A stretch of DNA of 63,318 nucleotides, the filler included, from Sluysia triapertura (taxonomy: Eukaryota): NCBI GenBank assembly GCA_046118255.1. It is 5 parts of 5 records of this genome, joined end to end, with 100 filler letters (N's around TTAATTAATTAA, not from the genome) between each part and the next. Parts side by side here need not be neighbours in the genome. Positions count along the whole stretch, not along the records: positions 38,486 to 50,740 come from JBJNIA010125188.1; positions 50,841 to 63,318 come from JBJNIA010105098.1; 3 more parts are not named here. One strand, given 5' to 3'. Positions 39,231-51,724 of the stretch are shown here, in pieces. The translations under genes and the position numbers were made by a program. The notes under the pieces are model-generated. The model was not told the origin of the DNA. It did no database searches and worked only from the letters and a program-made list of their open reading frames with translations. Each line of letters opens with the position of its first letter. The first letter of the stretch is position 1.

Positions 39231-42121
39231 AATTAGATGATATTAAAAAGAAAAGTGGATTTTTTTTACCACAAATCTCATTATCTTTAGATAATTAGAA
39301 TGATAATAAAGTTGAACAAAGACGGAAATTGCTGTCGATATTTAATTGGCGAAATTAATCGGCTTATTGCCTAAAAGAAAATCGACAGCTTTAATATCCG
39401 TCTTGCTCGATATCTGATTTTTAATTTCACTAATTGCCATAAAACTGCTATATGAGCAGTTAAATTTCTGCAATTAAAACAGAAGTAAAAACAACAATAG
39501 GACAGAGTCAGGATAAATCAAATAAAGCAAACTTTTTAACTGTAGGGAAGCTGCTTTAGTTCATGAGTGGATAACGATGAAACTAAAGTTATTTCTTTAG
39601 CAATTGACTAAAATAATCTTTCTTTTTGTCATTATTATTATTATCATTGGACAGTGGACCGCGAAGGATTAAAGCTACAAATTAGAAATGTAATTTGATT
39701 TATGACGTCAATACTTCTTTTTGCATTAGGCTTTTAATTTTGATTCAAAAACAAAATAACTTTACCTATAAAACACTTTTAATCCAGTTTTAAATAATAT
39801 TTTATTAATTGAATGTGATATTTGTAAAATTTATGATAGAAATTAGCTTTGTGAAGCTTAAAATTATCCGGATCTTATTAATTTTTACTAATGATTGTAA
39901 ATGCAAAATAATTGTATGATTTAGTAAAACAAAATGCTGTTTATTGAAAGTTAATAAACGATTTCGTTAAATAAAAGTTTTTAATATGTAATATGTATTG
40001 GTTAATTCTTTTATATTGTTTTTAAGAATTCAGAAATCAAATATGTGCTATTTATAATGTAATTTTTTTTAAAAAAAATACAAACTTTCTTCGAGTATAG
40101 GAATTTCTAAGAATAATTGTTGGTAATATTTATAACTATCCAACGAGATTACATATGCAATAAATATGTAAACAATACGCAGACTTATTGACACAATAAT
40201 AGTATGTTGTGTTCCACATCTGGATTTTAAATTGTTAAGTGCTAAAACTCTGGAGTAGATGTTTTGAATAGATTTCTCTCATGTAATGCTGTAAATGAAC
40301 GGAATATGCATGTAAACATTTTTTATTGCTATTTCTTATTTACTTACAATGTCATTATATTTGTACATATACTTTCGAAGACTTATGTCAAAATTAGAAA
40401 ATTTATTGATAATATTTTGTAATTTAATAATACAAAATTTTAAAATTGGTAGTTTAATTTTAATATTGTGTTTTTATTTTATACATAAAATTTTGTTTCA
40501 TAGTTATAATTAAAGTTATTTTTAATTGGTTAACTATTTAAATACTGCAAAACTTATTAATTTATTGTTTATGAGTAGTTGGCAATGGATAGTTAATGTC
40601 TCGTATTTTGGATTATATACTGCCATATATATGTACTTATATATTGTGTTTTATTGATTCTTCAAATAAATTGTACATACTTTGTTTTAAATAAGGCTAA
40701 ATGTTTTTAATCTTTTTCATAAAAGTGTGAATTTATGAATATTTTATATTGAAAATAAAATCAAATTAAAAAAAATTATATTACACTAAATTTGCAGTAT
40801 TGAAATTTTCATCTCCACATATTTTATAATTAAATATTCAATAATTATTTTTAGTAATCGCTTTAATCAAGGTGGAACTTGTAAGCCAACATGAAGAAAG
40901 AATAGTGTATTAAATGTAGATGTCGATATATAAGGGAATGTCCAAACAATGAATAGTAAATAAAGTGCATGATTAGAATTTTAATTCAAAATGGTAATTT
41001 TTACAATTGAATTCGCTAGAAAGCAGAATATTAATTAACTGAATGTTGATCATATTGAAGGTTTTTTGACGAATATTGAATAATTATTGGCCATAAATTC
41101 CGAAAGCCAAACTATTTACTGTGTGGAACAGAAATCGAAAATATTTACTACTTCCTGTCGCGAAAAATTGATAACTTTATTGAATATTAGAAAAATTCCA
41201 ATAAGTGCAGTATATTTAATAAAATGTATAATAACAATTAATATTTTTAATGTTTAAACATTTAAGTATGGCATGTGGCTCTCTATGACGTATGATTTTA
41301 CTGGATAATCACTTGAAAACTCAAAGTACCTAGAAAAGTTTGTAATCGTACTCACTTTAAATTACAATTTAGTTTTTCAAACATTTTGACAATCACACGT
41401 TCTTACATTACTGTACTCCATACATTATGTGTTACAATCTTATTTTAACTACTCGTTTCAGAGCGTTACTCATTAAAACATGTTGGTTTCAAGCTGTTCA
41501 ATTATAATGTTCATCATAAATCATTTTATAAAAATATCAATTACATTGTCAAACATTGTCACTTAATATTATTTAATATCATGCTATAACTTCTTTAATT
41601 GCAACTTTAGAATGTTTAAAAATATCAATCACATTCAATTTAATTCAACGCATTTAAAAGTCGTAATATCGATCGGTCAAACTAAATGTAACCATTTAAA
41701 ATGCATTGTAATTCTTTAACGTAAGATGTTAAGCGATTTTAATTTTATTTAATAAGATGTTATAGTTTTATTTCAAGTTTGACAATAATAATAATGCCAA
41801 TGATTAAATTCGAAACACCCAAGAAACACGCGAAGTGCATTAGTACAGTCAATAGTAATATTGAAATATCGAAACGTAAATGAAACATTACGAAAATGAA
41901 ACAATATTATTAAATAATTTATATTGAACAAAAATTAAATTAACAAATTTAATAAAGTTAAAGTATATAAACAATGGGATGTAATTATAATAGTTATGAG
42001 AAAACAACTATATTTCAAGAATAAAACCTGTATGATTATTAATCTAGTTTAAATTTATAATAAAATTTACTTCAATCCAATTAAAAGATTGATAAAAATC
42101 TTGTTAAGTTTTTAAGTGTAC

Positions 42122-42278
42122 TGTTGGGGTAAAAGGCCTAAAAGTGCCATTTGGTAAAATTGAATATAATAAAAATGAAATTGTTAGACGGGGCTGATAG
42201 CTCAGTGCTAGAGCATCGACTGCGCAGACGATGGTCCCGGGTTCGATCCCCGGTCAGTCCATTTTACGAAGTCTAACA
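42122..42278 (+). mobile_element. Solo tRNA-containing LTR with perfect 4-bp TSD
   Basis: GTAC|TGTTGGGG...GTCTAACA|GTAC; internal tRNA-like 42191-42261 with acceptor stem GGGCTGA/TCAGTCC, A box, B box GGTTCGATCCC and following TTTT; anticodon arm distorted. Confidence 0.9.
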
Positions 42279-43327
42279 GTACAATATAAGGAAGTTAAAC
42301 CTAAATGAATTTAAATTAACGATAATTTTGATGAATCCTTGTACAATAAATATCTTAGCAGACAAAATATCCTGGATAATGATAACAACGTCTAATAAAA
42401 ATCGACAGAATGTCCACGACAATAAAATCTCTTCTTAAATAAACTATATTTGAACAGAATTTGTATTTGTGGTGTTGTTCATAATTTTTTTGGGTTTTAA
42501 ATAGTTTTTTCTCTTTGATAATGTATACACAGTAAAACAAAATTAAATGTTTCGAAAATAATTTTACAAATATCTATTTATAAATTTTTTAAATAATAAT
42601 TTTTTTAAAATAATTAAACTTTTTAAATAATTATGATTAAATAATTTTAAATATTTCCTCTTAATTTAAAATTTAAATATTTCCTTTAATATAACTTTAA
42701 TTAAATTAGTTTATGTATAAATCAATAAATATTTGAATTTACATTCAACAAATATAGAAATTAATATATAAATATGCACTATAAATATAATATACACATC
42801 ATTGACAAAATAAGCATTGTGGTGTTCATTTTATGTCAATTTTAATAATTTTTATAACAGTTAAATTTTTTATTGAGATTTAGAATTTTAAAATTAAAAT
42901 TTGATTTTTTAAAGACCCTATTAGCATAGTTATTAAATAAACATAAGCAAAATAGAATTTCGTAAGCATATAGTAGATATTTTAAACTAAACACGTATTT
43001 TACAATGTGTTAACTTATATTAGTTTATTGCTCAATTCTATTTCGTCATAGATAAGAGTTAAAAAAACCTCAGCAAGTAGATACCAGATAAAAAATTAAA
43101 AAGAATTTCTCCAAATTATTAAAAATGAAATTCAAACGCGTATTCCTCCAAAATTTACAAAATATAAAATTCAATCGTAATTTCCCTAAACTCATAAAAA
43201 TAATGTTCATATCAAAAATAAATTTAAGGGGCTTCTCTCCTAAATGTTTAAAAATTTTATAACTTTTGTAATAAAACAAATAAAAACAAAAATTACCAAA
43301 ATAAGATGGATTTTCTATTATTATTAA

Positions 43328-43555
43328 CCCCTTAATTCGCACACTCGAATTAACTCGAGCGAGGTAAACCTGCAGAAATGAGCTCATTCGAGTTAATTTG
43401 ATTAATATATTAAGTTGTTTGGTATTAGAATTAACTTGCGTAAGTTACAGAGATGCCAACTACTAGTTATAAGATGCTTACACTAAAATATAGTTTAGTA
43501 AATAATGCAGCAATAAAAAAATGAGTTTTTTTGAAAAAAATTGAACGTTAAGGGG
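43328..43555. mobile_element. piggyBac-type MITE
   Basis: TTAA|CCCCTTAA...TTAAGGGG|TTAA; internal inverted repeat AATTAACTCGA/TCGAGTTAATT. Confidence 0.8.
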
Positions 43556-43749
43556 TTAATGCTATTAATTATGCCTCTGTCAATCTATTGTTTTTTTAAA
43601 TTGTTTGTTGTATTGTAAAATTCGCTACTAATGACTGCCTTTTAAAAGTTTTTATTATTCCCTTTATAATTATAATCAAATCATTAGAATCCCCTTTGAT
43701 GATTTGTAGCTTTGCAATCACATGATAAAGCTTGTCAAATTTTATTAGG

Positions 43750-44066
43750 TGTAGAACTGAAAAATTTGATTAATGATCATCCATTATTTTCTTTTACTCT
43801 ACTTTATGTATTTTTACTTAAATTAATTCTCACATTAAAATAATAATAATCATCATCAATATTAACATATATAAAAATAATGAATTTAACTTTAGGTTTC
43901 AGAATTCAATTGATTTTCATTTTGTTCAGACCCAATTTCTAAAGGAAAAAATATTTAACGCTCTCATTCTGAAACAAACCATTCCACTATCATTTCAAAT
44001 TTTTATCTAGTTTCTCCTCTTTTATAACAGTGGTCTTATGTTCAATTCATTATCTTTTCATTGTTC
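43750..44066 (+). repeat. Dispersed repeat H, copy 1
   Basis: Colinear with 61110-61410 (TTCTCACATTAAAATAA, AAAATAATGAATTTAA, ATTCAATTGATTTT, ACCCAATTT). Confidence 0.75.
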
Positions 44067-44640
44067 TGTTGGGATTAGTGAAGGATAAGGAGTCATGATA
44101 TAGAAACAGAATAAACATCATTGAGGAATTGAAATGAAGTATTATGATAAATTGTAATAACAAAATAAGCGTTTAAAATACATGAATCAAGACAAGATAA
44201 TGTAAAATATGAAGAAAAAAACCTTTATAAAGTTTTATTTTTTAAATATTAAAGTACATTTGTTAATTAATTTAATTAAAATTTGTTTAATTTGATAACA
44301 ATTAATAATAAATGTCTGCTCATGATAAAATAATATTAGACTTAATATGTAATAATGAGTTTTATTAAAATTTTAATAATAAAGTGTTGCTAAGAACGTC
44401 GAAGTAGATAACGTAAAAATGAGTTATTTTTATTAGTTTCTTTAACTTAATTATAAAGTTAAATATTTACCGATGTTTAAGAATAAGTAAATTGTGTATT
44501 AAATTAATACTCGTGAATATACCAATTCAAATATGTTATTGATGCATAACATATTAAACAAAAGATTTCTATGAAAAATAAATTTATTATTTCATTAATT
44601 TTATCCTTAATTTAAGCTAATAAATTGCGTTATTAATAGA
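44067..44640 (+). repeat. Dispersed repeat F, copy 2 (starts TGTTGGG)
   Basis: Colinear with 38624-39230; abuts repeat H exactly at its TGT start. Confidence 0.8.
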
Positions 44641-44955
44641 ATAGCTATATAATAATTTTGGAAAGGTGGGTTGATTTGGTAATTTGGTTTTAATGGCCGA
44701 AAATCGGTTTGAAATGATATTAATAAAGTTATGATAAATTCTTTATTCTTACTAAATCTATTACATAACAAGAAATTCTGATAAGATAATTTAATTGATT
44801 TAATTTTTTTAGACTTGTCTACGAGTAATTTAGGATTATTTTGTTGATTTTTTTGGAACTATATTTTATTTTATAAGAAAATTTCACAAGATAAAAATTT
44901 TTCCATAACTTGTTATCAGTAGGGTCTTTAAGAAATATACGAAGACAAACTTTTA

Positions 44956-45915
44956 TTAATTTACATATATAGTAATGAAAAAACAATTGAATATTAAAAA
45001 TTTGTCAATTATTACATCTGCATATATTGTTTTCCGATCCGCGTCCCAATGTACATCATGAATACTACAGCAAAGCAACAATCTAAAAAAGATAGAATAT
45101 TTATATAAAGGTATTATTGAAATTATTTATACGGTTGTTTTTAAACTTTTGTCTAGAATTACCATCCGAATCATAATCATTTTCATTATCATTGTCGATA
45201 CCATCACTGTTATTTTTAATGCTATCACTAGTAATAGTGTTCGAGGAACGATCAATGTTGACATCATTAGGAGCCGGTAAATCATCGTACTTATGACTTG
45301 AAATAATTTCTTTATAATTTATAATAATTTCTTTATAGAAGTTTTATTAGTAATAGTTGATTGAGAATGATCTCTAGGATGAGGAGAGATGTCTATTGAC
45401 ATAAATACAATTTTCACATTAATGTTAGTGACAACTTGATTATTACAATCGATAGACATAAATGAATTGTTTGGAATAAGAAATCGCAAAATCCGCGTTA
45501 AATTATTTGAAACGCAGTTCATAATCAAATTCGCATAGTTTTTACCTTTCTCTTTAATGTATGAATAATTATAACATGGTAATGTAGTAAAGTGATTGCT
45601 TGACAATGGTTTCATGGTGTTTGATTCTCTGTTTTTAAAACATTTATCTTCTGAAACTTTTTTTAAAGCATTATGTTCGTTATCTTCAATAAAATGTTCA
45701 AAAATTACATAAAATGAACCGCTAGCGACATTTTTTAGTTCTCGTCTTGAAATATTCACCTCTTCATTATCTGGAGTATGAAATATTGTAACATCGTTAG
45801 GAAAAGAATCAAGTATTCTATCATGTACATAATATTTGTCTAATTTAGTATCGAATATTTCCATAACTTTGTGGTAAGTTTTTAGTAACTCTGTGTAAGA
45901 CTGTTTTGAAGACAT
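44956..45915 (-). pseudogene. Intronless orphan ORF, cargo of cassette A2
   Basis: 198-aa ORF from ATG 45915; frame broken by a short tandem duplication (TATAAAGAAATTATT) near 45320; remnants continue to a TAA/AATAAA at ~44956. Confidence 0.55.
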
Positions 45916-46075
45916 AGATAATATGATGATTTAGCTGACAAATTTTTAATGCTGTTAAAAATTATTATATGAGCTGCTAATTTTACTAATTTTTGTTATT
46001 TCTAAATTTTATTGAGTTGAAAAATTGTGACTAAAATAAAATTTTATTTTCCTGTCCATCTATTTTTACTTGCCA

Positions 46076-46224
46076 AATCAGAGTATTTGAGAGTACTGTC
46101 AGGAATGTATACTCTGATTGGGTGATGAATAAAATCAATTAAAAATTAATTTTGTATTACCAACCGTCATCAGTACTATCACTCGAATGACATTTTTTAA
46201 TAGCGTTATAAGTACTGATGACGG
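46076..46224 (-). promoter_or_regulatory. Hairpin + CCAAT module of cassette A2
   Basis: Perfect 14-bp inverted repeat 46164-46177 / 46211-46224; TCACCCAATCAGA on the minus strand ~46113-46125; 11-bp IR 46076-46086 / 46109-46119. Confidence 0.65.
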
Positions 46225-46329
46225 CAGCAACTATTTTAGCCAAAGTAAATTAAAATTAAAAATTATTAATTGATTGGCAATAATAATAATAATAATAAGA
46301 TTACTGTTATTATTATTGTTAACAATAAA

Positions 46330-47176
46330 AATCACATAAATCTTTTCTTTTCACAAAATACAAGACCTTTTCTGTTATATCTGCTATTTTTCTTACATAT
46401 AAATAAAAAGAAATAAAACTGATAACATGTTGTGAAGGAACAACGATAACGAGGTATACTACGTCTCGGTTATCGTTGTTGTTTCGTATTGAGAAATTGA
46501 ACTGCTCAACAGCAAAATTATGACTTTTTAAAGACCTCATTATGCTTGTTTATGAAGATGAAAGAATGATTTGGGTTGTTGTTGAACAAAGAATGTTGGG
46601 ATAATTTACTGAAATTTATTAAGATTTACAATTGAAAATGAGATTTATGTCTTGAATATGATAGTTGAAGATGTCTATTGAAAGATTGTAGTTTATTTGG
46701 TTTTAAAGAACGATTACAAAATAAATCTTAACGTTTTAATAATGTTGTTAAGAAAAATGTTAATGGTAATATGTGTAAATGAAATAGATCTAGCTTGGTG
46801 TAGTTGGTAAAGGATTTTAATGTAATTGTATTCTATTTCTGAGGTACTTGTTAACGTTGTTGAATGGTGTTATTGTATTTATGATTTCTGTATTATGTAT
46901 TATGGTTATAGTTTGTTTGATAGAATATCTTATGAGTGAGTATTGTGAATTATTCGAGATTAAATGTCGGAGTTTGTTGTGATGTGGATGGTTAAAGGTG
47001 TTAGTCGAATTGTTGATGTATGTGAGTTGATGAGATATTATAAATGTCGAGTGTTATTTATGGTGATTGTGTTGGTGTAGTTCGATAGTAAGAAGTGTGA
47101 ATGTTTTGAAAATTATATTTTGGTGAAGTTTAACTTATGAATAATAAATTTTAAGTTGTGAGTGTTGGTCATAATA
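46330..47176 (-). mobile_element. Arm A copy 2 (terminus eroded)
   Basis: Colinear with 23840-24642 (GTGAAGGAACA, TTGAAAGATTG, GATTACAAAATAA, TGAGGTA) and with the reverse complement of 55485-56320. Confidence 0.8.
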
Positions 47177-48099
47177 GCAACATATTGACTGAATTTCGAT
47201 GATGTGGGATTTCTAAGTAATACCTGTGAGTGTTTAGTAAGTTATCAAAATAACTTATGCTCAAACTAGTACTGAGTTGTTTATTTCAACCTTAATACCG
47301 ATTAATAACAAATGGCAGAACTTTATTTCAATTCCTATACCAAATTTTAATTCATCTTTGAATGGCATCAATATTAGGAAATGTAGATATTCGCATGATT
47401 TCATCTTGTACTTTAAAAGCTGAATGATCTGTCCAATTAATGAATAAAAAATAATAAGATTCTTGTTACATAAATTAAATATATCATAAATATGCAATGT
47501 ATAAAAAGAATAAATTCAAAACTCCTATTAAATTATTGATGTATTCAAGTAGTAACACAGCATTACAATACAATCAAATGAATTAATTTCCAGTTTCTGA
47601 GAGTTTATCTTTATGACAAGTAACTTGTAGTGGTTTATACGGTATAGTGTTGACATCGCTTATTGGAAATTAATTTATTATCTCTTAACGAGTTTGCTTA
47701 TTTCTATAATAATTTAAAAATATCAATTATTATTACTGTAGAAGTATTACTATCTCCATTATTCTTCAATAAAATCAAAGAAATGACATGGATAAATTAC
47801 AACATCAGTACTTAAATTCAATAAAAATTTAAATTCCAAGTTAATGTCAAGCATATATTGTTAATAAAATACCTGACATATGAAGCACATGTAAATAATA
47901 AATTAATGAAAAGCTTATTTAAGTTGATAACTTGAATAATTTCCTTTTAAAAATGTCAGTAGTAGCTGTCAACACATGAACCTTTTCCAATAAAAAAATT
48001 ATAACAAAAACAATATAGTAACACATTAAAATAGCGTTGGTACCTGTGATCCGTGCTGAGTTTCTAAATAGGTAGTGCTTTGATTAAATTTGATTTTCT

Positions 48100-49000
48100 A
48101 CTTGATCGCAATAATATGAACACTATCTTTGGCGTAATTTAGGATGAATACCAACACTTTCTAAGCATATACAATCAGTTGAATAAACCGTAATTGTTAT
48201 TTGAATAATATAGTTATAAAAACGGATCAAATATCTATAGCCTATCATAGGATCAGAATGTAATACTACCATGACGTTGAACATTGAGATTAAATTAGGA
48301 GGCATGAAATTTTCGAAAGATAAATGATGTCAGCAAAAGCGAATTAACTATTTCGTATGTGGTCTATTGTAATTAAAACTTCATTCAACAATAGTATTGT
48401 TCAGATTATTAGAATTATGATAAATGGAAGTGTCAAGTAACCGCTTAAGTAATCAAGTATGATATTCATGTATAAATACATTACTAAGTTTACAATTATT
48501 GTATCTACAAAATATAGTTCATTGCACTTTAGTGGTGTTGTGTTTTGATGGTTGTATCTACTGACACCAATTTTGTGAGATGAGATGGTTTGATGGTTGT
48601 AATGTTATTGAAGGATCTGATATATTGTATTTGAATACATTAATGCTTGTTGGCCGAGACGAATGTGTTGTTAAATGCCGAGAATGTGTAACTGAGAATG
48701 GTGAATGTTCTGATTACAAAAGATGGCTCATGGTTTGTTGTTGTAGATGTGTGTAGTACCTTATGGTTATCACAAGTAGAACATACGCAAAGGAGTCTGA
48801 TGTACGTGACGGATAATTTGGATCAAAATTGAATCGTAATATGGCCCTACAAGATAATAAAGTTGTTCTATATGTTAGGTAAGCTTTTTTTATGAAGACT
48901 ATGTTATGTGAGTCTTTTTTAATTATTTTGAGTGTTAATTTTAAAATAAATCTCTTTATTTCGATCATGTAAAATATTACATCTTTATTAGTTTCAGGCA
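48100..49000 (-). pseudogene. Possible decayed paralogue of the 2999-4442 surface-protein family
   Basis: VVLHSDPMIGYRYLIRFYNYIIQI resembles IVLHSIMGTATYCDLIVYFMNFPISI (~4190-4270); otherwise heavily disrupted. Confidence 0.3.
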
Positions 49001-49190
49001 TCCAGTTTGTAAGTGTTTATTGTTGAACTTTCAAAATGACATTATTGATTTTATGCTCTATTATTTTATATATGCTTAACACAATTTCTTTAAATGTTAG
49101 ACTCCAAAGACTCCGAATAGCCTATAATTTGAATTAAATGAATAAAAATAATGAAGAACATTTAAGTTGTACAAACTATACACGTGGAAT

Positions 49191-49890
49191 TTAAAAAAAA
49201 TTATTTAATAATTCAAAATTAAAACATAAAGACAATGATTTAAGTAAAATGTTTGTCAATAATACTAACTTGAAATTCTTCTGGTCTACACAATTAACTT
49301 GATAAGGTACGATTGAGATTTGTGGCTTTAAAAACCTAGCATCACGGTATTCATTAGATTGTCCATATCTGTTGAACATCATGAATTTTTATACATCGTT
49401 TAAAGTTGTCGCTTTGGGTGATATCTTATATGGTAGTAATTTGTGTAAACTAATTATGCGATATTTCAGTAATTAATTGACATTCAGATTTCTTAAAAAT
49501 TTTAATAATTTTGACTAGATCTCCGGTAACTTATTGTGTAATTTATACCTTCTTCAATTGTCAATTTCACTGATTTTTTAGTATTGAGTTCTTCTTGCTG
49601 TAACTCTATACTTTTCTATATGTTAATTTAACTTCATTTCTTATTATTGATTCTTTCATAGAATTTGATTTGTTCTCATTTCTTTCACATGTTTTAAGAT
49701 TTCCAGTTTTAGATTCTTATTGATCATTTCCAGCAGACGATAACATTGGTATTAAATGCAGTATATTTGACTACCATTGTTAGAAACAAGAGGTTCATTG
49801 ATCGTGACCCAGAAGGTATAGGTTCATTGTTTTTTAAATGTTTGTAGTGGTAGTATTACAGCAGCGGTAGTAGTAGTAGTAGTGGTAGTG

Positions 49891-49944
<54 letters not shown>

Positions 49945-50147
49945 TTTACAGTACATGACACGTAAGAGAAGGTAAGTTTTAGGGAAATTTCATTATCATA
50001 TTATTTTATTTTATTTTATTTAAAGTTTAAGGATTTTATGTATTGAACTATTTGAATGTTTGAGGATTTAAATTAGAGTTTGTTATGCATGTGGTGTTTT
50101 TGTAGTAGTTGTCAATAAAATTTTATGTGAAAGGATGAACCACCACA
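49191..50147 (-). mobile_element. Cassette E: G-poor arm, (TAC)n tract and decayed ORF
   Basis: Minus strand begins TGTGGTGGTTCA at 50147; (GTA)n 49868-49943; broken reading frame ending in ORF 49191-49382. Confidence 0.45.
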
Positions 50148-50740
50148 ACAAATGCTGAATGAAGGAGTAAGTTCCAATTGATATTTAATTTTTTTAATTT
50201 ATTTAGATATTTACAATATTTTTGCGTTGATTAATTAATTTATAGTTCCAAAATAAACATTAAACACCCATAAACATATTTTGAAATATACCTACATGCA
50301 AAGTTTGGTGAAACTCCAGTTGTCCTATTGAATATTTAATATTATTAGTTGAGATAAGCTTCCATGATTCATTAATCCAAGAATTAAAAAATTTTGTTGG
50401 TCGTTTATATTTCCAAATTTCGATTATCGGATAACGTTTGAGGATTTCACAAAATATTACAATGTCATCGACATTATATATGCTTGCGCTAGAGCGACCT
50501 TTTTGATAGTCACATTAAATTTGGATTTAGTGTCAGTAAATAGAAATATTTTTAAATAATGGGTTTTGATTAGTTAGTATATTATAGTATATTATAATAT
50601 ATTATAATAATTACTATAATATAAACCAATTACACATTATAAACTACAAAACTATTATCCTAAACTAAATCCAGATCATTCAAAATCACATGTCCCGTAG
50701 AAGGAAGACTGATCTAACGTGAACATATATATACTTGGTA

Positions 50741-50840
50741 NNNNNNNNNNNNNNNNNNNNNNNNNNNNNNNNNNNNNNNNNNNNTTAATTAATTAANNNN
50801 NNNNNNNNNNNNNNNNNNNNNNNNNNNNNNNNNNNNNNNN
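50741..50840. other. Assembly spacer
   Basis: N run with TTAATTAATTAA linker. Confidence 0.97.
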
Positions 50841-51684
50841 TTTATACATTAAAGACAAATATTAAGTTTAAAAATTCAAAGTCAATACATTCTCTAAAAT
50901 ACCATTCAAAACATTTCTCATCTCAAATCAAACCCATAACATCCATATTTTGTTTCAGATTTTTTATTATTATGAGAATGTTTTTCTATTAAAATTAATC
51001 TTTATGCGTTCGCAAAAAACTAAACAAAATGGTCGCTTATTGAAGTTGCTTAATGACCTAATTGTAGGCACCACTTTAGGATTTAGGTATTTATTTATTA
51101 AATATTGTCACAGGCGCATTTCATGTCCTAAAATACTATAATAATGTTTCATAATGGATACAAATAATTCACAAAATACACTACAACAATTTAGTGTACG
51201 AAGAATACAATCGTAAGATTATGACATATTCAAATAATCGAACTTTTCTTTTTATTTAATTTTTCATCAAATTTTAATTCTAATAATTTCAATAATTTAT
51301 TAACAAACGTACAATATTTTACCTTTAGTTTATAAATAAATGACTTTTATACGACCATTAATATTAACATAAACATTAATATAAATACTAGCTATAAAAG
51401 TAACATGATTATTAGGCCAATTACGACGACAACGGAAACATTTATTTCTAGGTTGTCATCACAATCCCACAAAATAACTTTAAAATGTCATAATAACTTT
51501 AAAATTACTTAAAACTATTTAAAACTATCAAAAAATAAATTAAAATTAATTAATTAATATAAAACGCTTTAAAACCATTTATTAATCTTTAAAATTACTT
51601 AAAAAAACAATTATTTTCTAAAGAATAAATTATTTTTGGAAAATAAAATTTCTAAAATAGAAAATTAGTTTCTAAAAATAGTAT

Positions 51685-51724
51685 AGAAGCTTCTAGAATG
51701 TTCTAGAATATTCCAGAACATTCC
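51685..51724. promoter_or_regulatory. Heat-shock element array (8 contiguous alternating nGAAn units)
   Basis: aGAAgcTTCtaGAAtgTTCtaGAAtaTTCcaGAAcaTTCc; TATA-like GTATATAG ~51750. Confidence 0.7.

Noticed and set aside
39325-39395. Structured ncRNA (GCTGTCGAT/ATCGACAGC stem)
   Set aside because: Single 9-bp stem with no match to a known snRNA motif; insufficient support
42191-42261. Functional tRNA genes (also 1-29, ~36317-36388, ~36518-36596)
   Set aside because: Anticodon arms are distorted and differ among copies, and all sit inside a conserved TG...CA repeat with a TSD; treated as LTR components
46211-46250. Hammerhead ribozyme or C/D snoRNA suggested by CTGATGA/TGATGA in the A hairpins
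   Set aside because: No correctly placed stem II + GAAA, and box spacing is not conserved among the three copies; the motif is simply part of the inverted repeat
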